The notes beneath the pieces are model-generated. The model saw only the letters and a program-made list of their open reading frames with translations. It was not told the DNA's origin and did no database searches. 64,000 bases of DNA from an uncultured Spirochaetota bacterium. Its GTDB lineage: Bacteria > Spirochaetota > Spirochaetia > SZUA-6 > Fen-1364. A program made the translations under genes and the position numbers. Location: NCBI GenBank assembly GCA_963820525.1, contig CAWGAA010000001.1:2912001-2976000 (forward strand). The letters are read 5' to 3'. Shown here piece by piece: positions 31,522 to 42,880 of this stretch; the stretch's first letter is position 1, and every line of letters starts with the position of its first letter.

Positions 31522-32436
31522 GTGTTCTATGTTCTATTGGCGCTGTACCTGATCGCCTTCTCTCTGGGGATCGGTCTTCTCATTCTTGCGCTGCTCACCT
31601 ACGAGAAGCTCAGAAACAAGTCCTTCCGCGATGCGGGCGCCGTGCTCATCGCTTCAACCCTTCTTCTGCTCGTGGATGCGGCGCGAACCTACGGCAGGGA
31701 CGCCGCCGGAGCGCTGGATCCGCCGCTTCTTGTCTTCTGCCTGATCTTTTCGATTCTCGGAAACGCCTTGATGGCGTTCGCCGTTCCCCGTCTCGCGTTC
31801 CGTCTCGTCGATCTTCCCGTGTCTCCAGGCATATGGGCTCTGCATCTGGCGCTGGTCGTGATCGCGGCGGGGGTCGGGTTATTGAAAGAGCGATTGGGCG
31901 GGGCGCTCTTCGGGACTGTGAGCTCAGCCTTCATCGCCGCTTTGTACGGCTATGCGGGGGCGGTGGTCATAGCCAGATTCGACCGTGTAGCGGATCCCGC
32001 CCTGCGGTCCCTGCTTCGCGCCTTGCTGATTCTCGGCGCATTGCTTCTCGCACTCGTCGCGGCTCAGCTTGCCGTCATCGGCACATCCGCGCTTCCCCTG
32101 CTTCCATGGCGGGAAGCCCCGCTTGCCCAGATTGTCTGCCAGATAGCGGCGGCCTCTCTCGCCCTCCTCTTCGCGGTTCGCTACATGTACCGGCCGGCCG
32201 GCGGGGATGATCTCGCCATTCCCGCAGAGTTCGTGAAGCGCTTCGGGATCTCCAACCGCGAGTGGGAAATCATCACCCTGGTGGTCCAGGGCTACAGTCA
32301 CAAACAGATCGGAGAGAAGCTTTTCATTTCCGCCAGAACGGTGAAGAACCATGTCTACAACATCTATCAGAAGACGAGCGCTGAAAACAAAGTACAGCTC
32401 CTCAATCTGATCCGATCCGATGGGGAGCGGAAGTAG
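31522..32436 (+). CDS. Membrane-bound LuxR-family regulator
   Basis: About 7 TM, then ISNREWEII..GYSHKQIGEKLFISARTVKNHVYNIYQK. Confidence 0.88.
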   Translation: MFYVLLALYLIAFSLGIGLLILALLTYEKLRNKSFRDAGAVLIASTLLLLVDAARTYGRDAAGALDPPLLVFCLIFSILGNALMAFAVPRLAFRLVDLPVSPGIWALHLALVVIAAGVGLLKERLGGALFGTVSSAFIAALYGYAGAVVIARFDRVADPALRSLLRALLILGALLLALVAAQLAVIGTSALPLLPWREAPLAQIVCQIAAASLALLFAVRYMYRPAGGDDLAIPAEFVKRFGISNREWEIITLVVQGYSHKQIGEKLFISARTVKNHVYNIYQKTSAENKVQLLNLIRSDGERK

Positions 32437-32502
32437 AGAAGCTCTTCCGCAATGAGTCTTTTTTCCTATTGCGCGGATGGAAATCTCGTGTATAGTAGGT
32501 GC

Positions 32503-32666
32503 ATAAAGTTGGTTATTCGCCGGCGGGAAGATATATATAAAAAGTCATAAAATTATTATATCAATAAGTCATTTAAAATGCTAAGCGGGGTATCTTCCTG
32601 CTGGCGGCTTATACTCTCTAACTTGTCAAGAATCGGTTTCCGCGCTCGCCAAAGCGGCGAGCGCGG
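32503..32666 (+). ncRNA. Candidate structured non-coding RNA
   Basis: Upstream TTGCGC-16-TATAGT; 18 bp stem whose only non-Watson-Crick pairs are G.U; downstream GC-rich hairpin; no ORF. Confidence 0.4.
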
Positions 32667-32911
32667 CGACAGAGAGCGCTCTAACCGTTTGTTGTCTGAA
32701 AATCCGTCAAAACCATAGAAAATGGTTGTAGCTCATCGTGTCTGTTCATACCCCTCCGTATCCGCTCTCTGTGTCAGAGCCAGTGTCAGAATCCGGAGCG
32801 AGGCGCGACAGCGCCGGTCTTGATTTGCTTCTACGCGAACAACCGGGCAGCCATCAATCTCACAGTGCCCGTCAGTATAGTGATAGAGCACTGTGTGTTC
32901 GCCCTCCAGCC

Positions 32912-33535
32912 TTATATCCCCACCGGCTGGTGAACCAGCACGACGGTGATGCGTCCAGCTACCCACTCGCGCTCGATAATTAGGATCTTGCCAACAAAGC
33001 TATCGATTCCCATGGCCGCACGCACCTGAGAATTTTCCCAGGGAAGGATGTACTCGCGTATCCTGGCAAAGGCAGAGTCCAGGTCGGGCACGATCTTTTG
33101 GCTACCCACCACCAGGATAACCTTTCCGCCTCCCACCGCGTAGGGACCGAGCTGGCTCGCTGTTGCGGAGGCGGCTACCAGGATGCCGTCCTGCGTCACC
33201 GCGCTTACGCTTCCCAGCATGAAGTCGGGAGCGGAGGAGAGCTTGCGGATCTCTCGCATCTGGGTCTGCCGGTCCATTTTCAGGTAGACGTTTCGTAAGT
33301 AATTGTACTTGCCTTCCACGGCCAGCTCCTGCGCGACCCCGATTTCCTGGAGTGTTTTGGATTTTCCGGCGTGAACCTCGGCTCCCGCTGGAAGCCGCTC
33401 CAGGACGGCATCGCGCGCCCGGGACGCGTCCGAGACGACAATCGCTTCCAGGTTGCGCTCTCTGAGCCGCACAGCAACCTGCTCGAGAACCTCCCGGGAT
33501 ACCGGCTCTCTGAAATGTACCGCCTCACTGCTCAT
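32912..33535 (-). CDS. LUD/LutC (YkgG-like) domain protein
   Basis: GKSKTL, LGSVSAVTQDG, VILVVGSQKIVPDL; AGGAGG RBS. Confidence 0.8.
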   Translation of the reverse strand: MSSEAVHFREPVSREVLEQVAVRLRERNLEAIVVSDASRARDAVLERLPAGAEVHAGKSKTLQEIGVAQELAVEGKYNYLRNVYLKMDRQTQMREIRKLSSAPDFMLGSVSAVTQDGILVAASATASQLGPYAVGGGKVILVVGSQKIVPDLDSAFARIREYILPWENSQVRAAMGIDSFVGKILIIEREWVAGRITVVLVHQPVGI

Positions 33536-34039
33536 ACCCGTCACCTCCTGCGCTATCGATTAAGAATACAAGGCACCGAAGAGATAAAGCAACGAAGTCG
33601 ACCGGCGCGCGGCGATGCCCCTGCGGGCACTGGTGCCGCGGCGGGTACGCACGGCGCTCCGAGGCGGTGTCTCTGCAGGGTATCCGGACATTGAGAGGTT
33701 GACGCTGCTGGGACTCGACACCTCTCTCAAGGGTGGTTTTATATGCATCCCGCAGGGCAATCAAAGACAGTTTGTTCTCGACACGACAGCTTTCGGAATT
33801 CCATGAAGATCCCCAAAAAAGAGCGCGATGACCCCATTGACGACCGTGGAAACCGACTGCCCATCGAACGTGGCTTCCTTGCGCTCTAGAAGCCCCCCCT
33901 GCCTCCAGGCGCTTCAGGCGGTTGGAGAGGGTCGACCGGAACCGCTTGAGAGCTGACGGCGTGTTCACGAGAAAGGTCATCTGAACGGTGCTTGCGGCCT
34001 GTTGGATTCCCGCCTACCATGGGCGCAGGGCGCAGGCTC

Positions 34040-34801
34040 TTATGCTATGATGACCTTCACGCCCCTCGACTCCAGGGCCATCCTGTCCGAGTCGGAAATG
34101 CCATCGTCCGTGATGATGCAGCCGACCAAGTCGATGGGGCCCAGCGAGGCGAAAGACACCTTTCCTATTTTAGTCGAGTCCGCAACCACATATACCTCGG
34201 CCGCAGCGTCGATCATGGCCTTCTTTACGTGGATATCGATGAGCCCGGGATATGTCAGGCCTGCCTCCAGGCTTACCCCGCCCGCGGCAAGGAAGCATTT
34301 TTTTACGTGAATCTGTTCGAAGAACTTCCCCGCTTTCTCGCCGGTGAGGGAGAGCGTCGGCGGCTTAAACTCTCCCCCGGTGACCATGATTTCAAAGGAA
34401 ATCTCCGTTCCCAGCAGAAGAGCAATGTTCAGCGCATTGGTCACGATCTTGAGGTTCTTCTTGAGCCCGAGGTTTTTCGCCACCTCCGTCGTGGTGGATC
34501 CGGAATCGAGGATCAGGGAGTCGTCATCCTGCACCAGCTCGGCGGCCCTGCGGCCGATGCGGGACTTTTTGTCCATATTCTCCAAGTGCTGGAGGCTTAA
34601 GCTTTTCACCTGCTGGGGAACGCTCTTGAGGAAGGCCCCGCCGTGCTCACGGATGATGAATCCCTCCTCCTCAAGCTTTTCGAGGTCCTGGCGAACGGTA
34701 GGCTCGGAAACCTTGAACAGCCTGCTGAGGGAGCTGACCCGCGCGCTGCCGTCCTCCTGGAGCAGCTCGAGAATCTTCCGCCGTCTTTGGAGGGCGAGCA
34801 T
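34040..34801 (-). CDS. DeoR/GlpR-family transcriptional regulator
   Basis: VSEPTVRQDLEKLE..REHGGA, LDSGSTT, VADSTKIG. Confidence 0.93.
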   Translation of the reverse strand: MLALQRRRKILELLQEDGSARVSSLSRLFKVSEPTVRQDLEKLEEEGFIIREHGGAFLKSVPQQVKSLSLQHLENMDKKSRIGRRAAELVQDDDSLILDSGSTTTEVAKNLGLKKNLKIVTNALNIALLLGTEISFEIMVTGGEFKPPTLSLTGEKAGKFFEQIHVKKCFLAAGGVSLEAGLTYPGLIDIHVKKAMIDAAAEVYVVADSTKIGKVSFASLGPIDLVGCIITDDGISDSDRMALESRGVKVIIA

Positions 34802-34803
34802 CG

Positions 34804-37308
34804 TTAGAGAAGCTTCGTTACCGCTTTTTTCCATTCTCTCTGGCATTTCTTCGCGTCAGCGCTTTGTGGGCCGGCGGTAAAGCGCCTGGGCGCCCTTCTG
34901 AATCCCGCCAACGCGTCAAGATCGGGATAAAGCCCGGCTTCCAGACCCGCGAGCCCGGCCGCTCCGAGGGCAGACACATCCTCAACCCCGTTGCTGACAA
35001 CATCCGCCGGCAGAAGATCGGCAAGGAACTGCATCACGAAGTTGTTCTCCGTGATTCCCCCGTCCACCTTCAGCTCCGTAAGCCGGATCAGGCTGTCCGC
35101 CTCCATTGCGGCGATCACTTCCGCGATCTGATAGGGTATGGACTCCAAGGCCGCCCTGACAATGTGGTTTTTTGTGGAACCGAATGTCAAGCCCATGATC
35201 GCCGCACGCAGATCCATCTTCCACCATGGAGCACCTAGCCCACTGAAAGCCGGCACGAGGTAGACACCACCATTGTCCGGTACCTCGCGCGCCATCGATT
35301 CCGAGTCCCTGCTCTCAACCAGCATACCCAACTGATCCCGCAGCCATGCAATGGTCGCGCCGCAGCTCACGACGATCCCCTCAAGAGCATAATCCACCCG
35401 GTCCTTCATACTGAAGCAGATTGTGCTCACCATTGCGCCATGGGCTGCGAGACGCCGCTGCCCGACGTTCATCATGATCGAAGATCCCGTACCCATGGTT
35501 GCCTTTGCGGTTCCGGGGGTAAGGCACTGCTCTCCGAAGGCCGCGGCGTGCGAGTCCCCGATCATCGCGGAAATGGGGATTGAGGTGGGGAGCAAACCAT
35601 CGAAGTCCGTTTCGCCGTAGAAGTACGACGAGGGATGCACCTCGGGGAGCCGCAACCCCTCGAGGTGCCATTCGGCGAGGAGCCGCCTGTCCCAGTCGAG
35701 CTGAGTGATGTTGAAAAGGAGGGTGCGCGAAGCGTTTGTGTGGTCGGTGGCGTGGGTCTTTCCCCCGGTCAATCGGAACGCGAGCCACGCGTCCACGGTG
35801 CCGAAGAACGCGCGCCCCGAATCGATCTCCTTACGCACGCGCCTTTCATTCTCCGCGAGCCAGATAAGCTTGGTGGCAGAAAAGTAGGGGTCAATGAGCA
35901 GGCCGGTACGCTCCCTGATTTCCTCCCCGATGCCCGAGGAGCGCAATCGCTCGCAGATATCGACCGATCTCTTGCACTGCCACACCACCGCGGGCGCCAG
36001 GGGGGTGCCTTTCCTGTCCCAGAGAATGAAGGTTTCCCTCTGATTGGAAATCCCGCAGGCGAGGATACGGGAGAAATCGTCGGAGATCCGGCCTCGAAAT
36101 GAATCGAGACAGGACCCAACGGAATCGAGCACACTGCGATAAATGGCTTCGGGGTCCTGCTCGACGAAGCCGGGCCGAGGAAACGAGGAAGCGAGCGAGG
36201 CGCTCGCCCGGGCGGCAATCTGTCCCGCGGAGTCGAAGATGACAGTCTTTGTCGCGCTCGTTCCCTGGTCTATGGCAAGAATGTACCTGTCCTTCATGCT
36301 CCATCCCTGCCTTCGAAGCAGGTTGCCGCGGGATGCCCACAGGGAAAGCCTCACGCTGCCCGGCCGAGGACACTCCAGCGCCCTCCTCAGTATGCCATCC
36401 TTGTCGATGCCATAATATGCGCGGATGGCCGATCTTGGTCCAGCTTTGGAGAATTCGCCTTCGGGGATCCCGAGGCGGCTCACGGGCACGCCGGCGGCGC
36501 GCTCCGCCAGAACTTCCGAGACCAGGCTGCCCAGCCCTCCGTGTACCGAATGCTCCTCCACAGTCAGGACGCGTCCCGTTTTCAACGCCGAACGACAGAT
36601 GCCCTCGGGGTCAGCGGGCCGTATGGATGGAACGTTCACAATTTCCGCATGAATCCCCCGCCGCTCGAGCTCCTCACCCGCTGAATACGCCTCCCACGTC
36701 ACGGAGCCCAAGGAGAAGATCACCAGATCCTTTCCTTCCTTCAGTATGTCGACCTTCCCGGGCTGGAAATGGTAGCTGGGCTCATGGAGGAAGGGAAACA
36801 TGGCATTGTCCATCCTGACATACACAGGGCCGTCGTAGTCCAGCGCGTAGCGGAGCACGCCGTCCGTTTCCAAAGGATCTGAGGGAGCGAAGATCAGAAT
36901 GTTGCCAAAGCCGCGCAAGATTGAGATGTCGTCGATGGCATGGTGGGTGCTCGCGAGGGGGCCGTACGCGACCCCAGCGTTCAGGCCCATGACCTTGACG
37001 TTGGTGCGAGAATAGCAGATGTCGTTCTTCAGCTGCTCGTTGGCGCGAGAGGTGGCGAAAGGGGCTGCATTCGCCGTGACAACGGTGTAGCCCCCGAGGG
37101 AAAGGCCGGCGGCAACACCCATCAGGTTTTGCTCAGCGATTCCCACGTTTACAAGCCGCTGGGGAAAGCGGGACTGGAATGGCCCGATTTGGGAGGTGCT
37201 TGCCGAATCGCTCACAACGACGACGAGGTTCTTGCCCTCATCTACCGCCCGGATGAGCGCCTGCACCATGACCTCCCGCAGATCCTGTTTGCGGGCCTGC
37301 TCCATCAC
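34804..37308 (-). CDS. Transketolase C-terminal subunit in frame with a GlpK-like FGGY kinase (kinase ATG at 36297)
   Basis: NVGIAEQN, THHAIDD, VEEHSVHGGLG; then AIDQGTSATK, ISNQRET, DPYFSATK, TDHTNASRT, VPAFSGLGAPWW, LKVDGG. Confidence 0.85.
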   Translation of the reverse strand: MMEQARKQDLREVMVQALIRAVDEGKNLVVVVSDSASTSQIGPFQSRFPQRLVNVGIAEQNLMGVAAGLSLGGYTVVTANAAPFATSRANEQLKNDICYSRTNVKVMGLNAGVAYGPLASTHHAIDDISILRGFGNILIFAPSDPLETDGVLRYALDYDGPVYVRMDNAMFPFLHEPSYHFQPGKVDILKEGKDLVIFSLGSVTWEAYSAGEELERRGIHAEIVNVPSIRPADPEGICRSALKTGRVLTVEEHSVHGGLGSLVSEVLAERAAGVPVSRLGIPEGEFSKAGPRSAIRAYYGIDKDGILRRALECPRPGSVRLSLWASRGNLLRRQGWSMKDRYILAIDQGTSATKTVIFDSAGQIAARASASLASSFPRPGFVEQDPEAIYRSVLDSVGSCLDSFRGRISDDFSRILACGISNQRETFILWDRKGTPLAPAVVWQCKRSVDICERLRSSGIGEEIRERTGLLIDPYFSATKLIWLAENERRVRKEIDSGRAFFGTVDAWLAFRLTGGKTHATDHTNASRTLLFNITQLDWDRRLLAEWHLEGLRLPEVHPSSYFYGETDFDGLLPTSIPISAMIGDSHAAAFGEQCLTPGTAKATMGTGSSIMMNVGQRRLAAHGAMVSTICFSMKDRVDYALEGIVVSCGATIAWLRDQLGMLVESRDSESMAREVPDNGGVYLVPAFSGLGAPWWKMDLRAAIMGLTFGSTKNHIVRAALESIPYQIAEVIAAMEADSLIRLTELKVDGGITENNFVMQFLADLLPADVVSNGVEDVSALGAAGLAGLEAGLYPDLDALAGFRRAPRRFTAGPQSADAKKCQREWKKAVTKLL

Positions 37309-38162
37309 TCAAGCTCCTCAATGGCCTCGCGCACCTGGTCGCCTACAGGGATCTTGTGATGCCAGGCCGCCCGGTCCTCGATGAAGGACACTCCCTTGCC
37401 CTTTACCGTATGCGCGATAATCACGTGCGGCTTGCCGCACGCGGGGTCCAGCGAATCCACTGACTCGATGAATGCCGCCGGATCATTGCCGTCCGCCCCC
37501 TTCACGTCGAAGCCAAAGCTCTCCCACTTGCGATCCAGTGGCTCCAGCGCCATGATTTTTTCCGTCCTGTCAGCCAGCTGCAGGGTATTCCTGTCCACGA
37601 TTGCGACGAGGTTGTCGAGCTTGAAGTGTGCCGCGCTCATTGCGGCTTCCCAGTTGGAGCCTTCCTGAAGCTCGCCGTCTCCCAGGAGGACGAAAACTCG
37701 AAAGCCGCGGCCGCTCATTTTCGCGCTCAGAGCCAGCCCGACGCCGACCGAGAGACCGTGGCCGAGTGCACCGGTGTTGATTTCTATGAAAGGGGTCTGC
37801 TGACGGACCGGGTGACCGGGAAGCCTTGAATCGAACTGCAGGTAAGTTTGGAGGAGGGACTCCTCCAGAAGCCCCGCCTCCGCGAGGGTGCAGTACAGCC
37901 CGCCGACGCCATGACCCTTACTAAGGACGAATCTGTCCCGATCCGGATCCTGCGGGGCGTCTCGTCGATACTTCAGCACGCGGAAAAACAGGGCAGCCAG
38001 GATATCGGTTTCCGAAAGGTCCGCCCCCGTGTGACCCTGGCCTGCATGCGAGTTCATCCAAACGATCTTTTTTCTGATTTCTTTTGCTCTGCTTTTTATC
38101 TCATCTACGGAGGCATCGAAGGGATTACCGCACAGATCCTTCGATATTTCAAAGGCTTTCAT
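37305..38162 (-). CDS. Transketolase N-terminal (ThDP-binding) subunit
   Basis: GHTGADLS, DRFVLSKGH, TGALGHGL, GDGELQEGSNWE, TVKGKG. Confidence 0.93.
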   Translation of the reverse strand: MKAFEISKDLCGNPFDASVDEIKSRAKEIRKKIVWMNSHAGQGHTGADLSETDILAALFFRVLKYRRDAPQDPDRDRFVLSKGHGVGGLYCTLAEAGLLEESLLQTYLQFDSRLPGHPVRQQTPFIEINTGALGHGLSVGVGLALSAKMSGRGFRVFVLLGDGELQEGSNWEAAMSAAHFKLDNLVAIVDRNTLQLADRTEKIMALEPLDRKWESFGFDVKGADGNDPAAFIESVDSLDPACGKPHVIIAHTVKGKGVSFIEDRAAWHHKIPVGDQVREAIEELE

Positions 38163-38172
38163 GTCAAAAGGA

Positions 38173-38275
38173 ATAATATCACAATAAATAGAAAGTGTCA
38201 AAGCCATTTATGCTTATTATTATTTTCTAAAATATTCATTTATATCTTGACAGGCTGGAAAAATCGCAGTATGTT
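38173..38275. promoter_or_regulatory. AT-rich divergent promoter pair
   Basis: Minus strand TTGACA(38201)-17-TATTAT(38178) with extended TG; plus strand TTGACA(38247)-17-TATGTT. Confidence 0.7.
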
Positions 38276-38400
38276 CGTAGGGCAACGGAACCAGAAACAA
38301 ATGAACGAAAGCTTAGAGATCTGCTTGGTTTGCCACGGAAAAATTATGTACGATAAACGCGGGAGTCTCGACGAATGCGTCTGAGAGAAGGCAAGGCGTC

Positions 38401-39084
38401 ATGACCGAAGCTAAAAAGAGTAGGCCCTTTTTCCGCATTTTCATACCCGTGGCGGTTGTCGTTGCTCTGGTGACGCTTGCGCTGAGTGGACAGCTTGCAA
38501 CAGTAAGACCGATCGGCAGCTTCACGGCGAATAGCACCCTGAATCCTGCCGGAGAGACCTTCAACAAGGTGAGCTATGTGGACGGTATCTGGGATTCCAA
38601 GGTGGTTCCCACGGTCCGAAGCGGGGCCACGGATGCTGGCATCCTCATTCCCGCTCTTCGAAAGGACCCCGCGGCAACCGCGAAGCAGTTCGGTCACGAT
38701 GTCGGGGGGGCTGATAATTTTCTGATCCGTTTCAGCGGGAAAGTGACGAAAATCGACACCTCGTCAATGAACGGCCTGATCACCGTCAGCCTGCCGCTCG
38801 AAGGACAGCCGATGGATGTGCAGGTTCAAGTCGGACCGATCATCTCCGGCACGGCCCTGCGCGACGCGGTGGGATTCATCACTTTCGGATTGTTTACCAA
38901 CCAGATGCAATTTGGGGACGTCGGGGACGAACTGAACAATCGGGTGCTCAAGAAGGTCCTGGCTGGAGTCGAGCCGAAGACGCTCCTGGGCAAGACCGTT
39001 TTCATCGAAGGCGCCTTCACGTACGACAGCGCGAGTCCTCGAACAGTGGTTGTGACCCCTGTCGTGCTCACTTGGGAGAAGTAA
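38401..39084 (+). CDS. DUF2291-like periplasmic protein accompanying a sugar ABC transporter
   Basis: N-terminal anchor; QVGPIISGTALRDAVGFITF..FTNQMQF motif. Confidence 0.75.
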   Translation: MTEAKKSRPFFRIFIPVAVVVALVTLALSGQLATVRPIGSFTANSTLNPAGETFNKVSYVDGIWDSKVVPTVRSGATDAGILIPALRKDPAATAKQFGHDVGGADNFLIRFSGKVTKIDTSSMNGLITVSLPLEGQPMDVQVQVGPIISGTALRDAVGFITFGLFTNQMQFGDVGDELNNRVLKKVLAGVEPKTLLGKTVFIEGAFTYDSASPRTVVVTPVVLTWEK

Positions 39085-39099
39085 GGGGAAGCAAAGGCG

Positions 39100-40644
39100 G
39101 TGAACGAGACAGTCACCCTTCGCGCCGAGCACATCACCAAAATCTACCCGGGAACCATAGCCCTGGATGACGTGTCGTTCACGACCTATGAGAGCAAGGT
39201 CAACACCCTTGTCGGAGAGAACGGCGCCGGCAAGTCCACCCTGATGAAGATAATCGCGGGAGCAGAGCTGCAGTCGAGCGGCACGCTGCATCTCAATGGA
39301 AAGGCAGTCAGCTTCCGAAGCCCTATAGAGGCATCGGCGCACGGAATCGGCATCATCTACCAGGAGTTGGACCTCTGCCCAAACATGTCCGTGTCCGACA
39401 ACATCTTCCTCACGCGTGAAATCTCGAGGCGGGGCGTGATCAACTTCAAGAAACAGCGTGAGATGGCCCGCGAGCTGCTCGGGCGGCTCGAGCAGCGCAT
39501 CGATCCCGACACCCTGGTTGGCGAGCTGGGGGTGAGCGCCAAACAGATTGTTACGATTGCCAAGGCGCTGGCGCAAAACGTAAAGATCCTGATCATGGAC
39601 GAGCCCACCTCGGCTCTCACGGCGGGCGAAGTGGAGGTGCTGTTCCGCATCGTGCGCGAGCTGAAAACTCGAGGCGTCTCGATCATCTACATCTCCCATC
39701 GCCTGGAAGAGGTCGTGCAGATTGGGGATTTTATCACCGTCCTGCGGGACGGGAAGGCCCAGGCGGAAGCCAGGATCGCCGACGTGGACGTGAACTGGAT
39801 CGTGGAGAAGATGGTGGGAAAGTCCCTGGCGGCGTTCCTGCCGCACGCCGCGCACAACGTCAAGACCGAAACTCTCCGCGTGGAGGGACTCACCTACCCG
39901 CGTCCCGAAGGCGGCCATTACATCCGCAATCTCTCCTTCTCCGTGAACAAGGGGGAAATTGTCGGGCTCTACGGTTTGATGGGGGCGGGACGCTCGGAGA
40001 CCTTGGAATGTCTGATTGGACTCCATCCGGAGGCACAGGGACGGATCATCCTCGGCGGGGAGCCACTTGACCACTCGCTTTCTACAACAGAACGAATCGA
40101 GCGGGGGCTGACACTCGTGCCTGAGGATCGCCAGGCCGCGGGGATCATCCCGACGATGAGTGTGGCAAACAACATGATCATCGCGAACGTGAAGAGCTAT
40201 GCCCGATTGGGCGTCCTGCCTCGCAAGCCGGGCCTGAGGGAGATCCTTGGCATGGCGCGCGACATGTCCATCCATGTTTCCTCTCCCGATCAGCAGATCA
40301 CCGCGCTCTCCGGCGGCAACCAGCAGAAGGTCGTGGTTGCCAAGGGGCTGCTCACGCAGCCGACGGTCCTCCTGATGGACGAGCCCACACGGGGGATCGA
40401 CGTCAACTCGAAGTCGGAAATCTTCGCGATCATGAACTCACTCGCTCAGCAGGGCATCGGGATTCTGTTCGCCTCCTCGGAGCTGAAGGAGATCGTGGCC
40501 CTGTCTGACCGTGTGCTTGTCATGGCAGCCGGCAGACTCACGGGCGAGTTTACACGCGGCGCGTACAGCGAAACAGATCTTGTGGCGGCCTCAGCCATGG
40601 ACCGATCGAGCGCTGGCAACGGGAAAGGGACAACGGGGAGCTGA
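39100..40644 (+). CDS. Monosaccharide ABC transporter ATP-binding protein (RbsA-like)
   Basis: GENGAGKS, two ABC modules, LSGGNQQK, DEPTRGID. Confidence 0.93.
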   Translation: MNETVTLRAEHITKIYPGTIALDDVSFTTYESKVNTLVGENGAGKSTLMKIIAGAELQSSGTLHLNGKAVSFRSPIEASAHGIGIIYQELDLCPNMSVSDNIFLTREISRRGVINFKKQREMARELLGRLEQRIDPDTLVGELGVSAKQIVTIAKALAQNVKILIMDEPTSALTAGEVEVLFRIVRELKTRGVSIIYISHRLEEVVQIGDFITVLRDGKAQAEARIADVDVNWIVEKMVGKSLAAFLPHAAHNVKTETLRVEGLTYPRPEGGHYIRNLSFSVNKGEIVGLYGLMGAGRSETLECLIGLHPEAQGRIILGGEPLDHSLSTTERIERGLTLVPEDRQAAGIIPTMSVANNMIIANVKSYARLGVLPRKPGLREILGMARDMSIHVSSPDQQITALSGGNQQKVVVAKGLLTQPTVLLMDEPTRGIDVNSKSEIFAIMNSLAQQGIGILFASSELKEIVALSDRVLVMAAGRLTGEFTRGAYSETDLVAASAMDRSSAGNGKGTTGS

Positions 40645-40645
40645 C

Positions 40646-41701
40646 ATGCAGAGCATTGACACTGGGGCCGCTGGCGCACGGATGAACTTCAAGTTGCTGC
40701 TTCTACGGTTCAGGACCGTGATCGCGCTCCTGACCATTATCGTCATCTTCGCGTCCCTTTCGCGGACGTTCCTGACCTTCGAAAACATCGTGATCATGAC
40801 GAAGCACGTCGCAATCAACTGTTTCCTCGCCATCGGGATGACCTTCGTCATCCTCTCCGGCGGGATCGACCTCTCGGTCGGCTCGATCCTGGGCCTGGCC
40901 GGCATGATCACAGGGGCGCTGATCGACGTGGGTATCCCGCTCCGCCTTTTCGGCATCGTCATCTACCTGCACACATGGTTCATTATTGTCGTCTCACTGG
41001 CGGCCGGAGGATTGATCGGCGCGATCAACGGGACAGTCATCACCCGGCTCAAGGTGGCCCCTTTCATCGCCACCCTCGGGATGCTGTATGTCGCGCGCGG
41101 GTTCGCCTTGCTGAGCAATAACGGTTCCACGTTTCCCTTCCTCTCCGGCCAGGCGGCTTTGGGCAACACAGGCTTCCCGTTCCTCGGGGAGGGGGAGATC
41201 CTTTTCATACCGCTTCCAATCTGGCTGCTTTTGATCATCGGCCTGCTCGCGGCGTTCGTGGCCACGCGCACGCCCTTCGGCCGCTACGTATATGCGGTGG
41301 GGGGCAACGAGAGGGCCGCGGCGCTCTCAGGGGTTCGTGTCAACCGGATCAGGCTCATGGTCTACATCATTTCGGGGGTGCTGGCCGCCCTCAGCGGTCT
41401 GATCGTTACTTCCCAGCTCGTCGCAGCGCATCCGGCGTCGGGAGAGACGTACGAGCTGAACGCCATCGCCGCCGCCGTGCTGGGTGGGACCTCGCTCATG
41501 GGGGGCCGTGGCTCGATAGGCGGCACAATCATCGGCTCGTTCGTCATCGGCATACTCGCGGATGGTCTGGTGATGCTGGGGGTTTCCGATTTCTGGCAGA
41601 TGGTGATCAAAGGAGTGGTCATCGTGGTCGCCGTGGCAATCGATCAGCTCCAATCCAACATCTCGCGGCTCGCAGCAATCCAGGAGGAGAAAAGGGGGTG
41701 A
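40646..41701 (+). CDS. Monosaccharide ABC permease (RbsC-like)
   Basis: GGIDLSVGS, FGRYVYAVGGN, YELNAIAAAVLGG. Confidence 0.93.
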   Translation: MQSIDTGAAGARMNFKLLLLRFRTVIALLTIIVIFASLSRTFLTFENIVIMTKHVAINCFLAIGMTFVILSGGIDLSVGSILGLAGMITGALIDVGIPLRLFGIVIYLHTWFIIVVSLAAGGLIGAINGTVITRLKVAPFIATLGMLYVARGFALLSNNGSTFPFLSGQAALGNTGFPFLGEGEILFIPLPIWLLLIIGLLAAFVATRTPFGRYVYAVGGNERAAALSGVRVNRIRLMVYIISGVLAALSGLIVTSQLVAAHPASGETYELNAIAAAVLGGTSLMGGRGSIGGTIIGSFVIGILADGLVMLGVSDFWQMVIKGVVIVVAVAIDQLQSNISRLAAIQEEKRG

Positions 41702-41721
41702 TGCAGGGGAAAAGACTGTAA

Positions 41722-42774
<1,053 letters not shown>

Positions 42775-42830
42775 GTATCATGACCGTTCGCTTGCAGCCC
42801 ACTTCTGCGACGGTCGAGAAGTGCTAAGAT

Positions 42831-42864
42831 AGCCCGCACGGGACTTTCCGTGCGGGCTTGTTTT
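42831..42864 (+). terminator. Intrinsic terminator/stabilising hairpin after the SBP gene
   Basis: AGCCCGCACGG-6-CCGTGCGGGCT-TGTTTT. Confidence 0.7.
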
Positions 42865-42880
42865 GCTTTCGGAGGTAGAT

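Noticed and set aside
32612..32700. Integron attC site
   Set aside because: CTCTAAC occurs twice in direct orientation, with no complementary R''/R' pair and no intI.
33525..33980. 151 aa ORF with an HTH-like fragment (STLSNRLKRLE)
   Set aside because: The remainder is not protein-like; at most gene debris.
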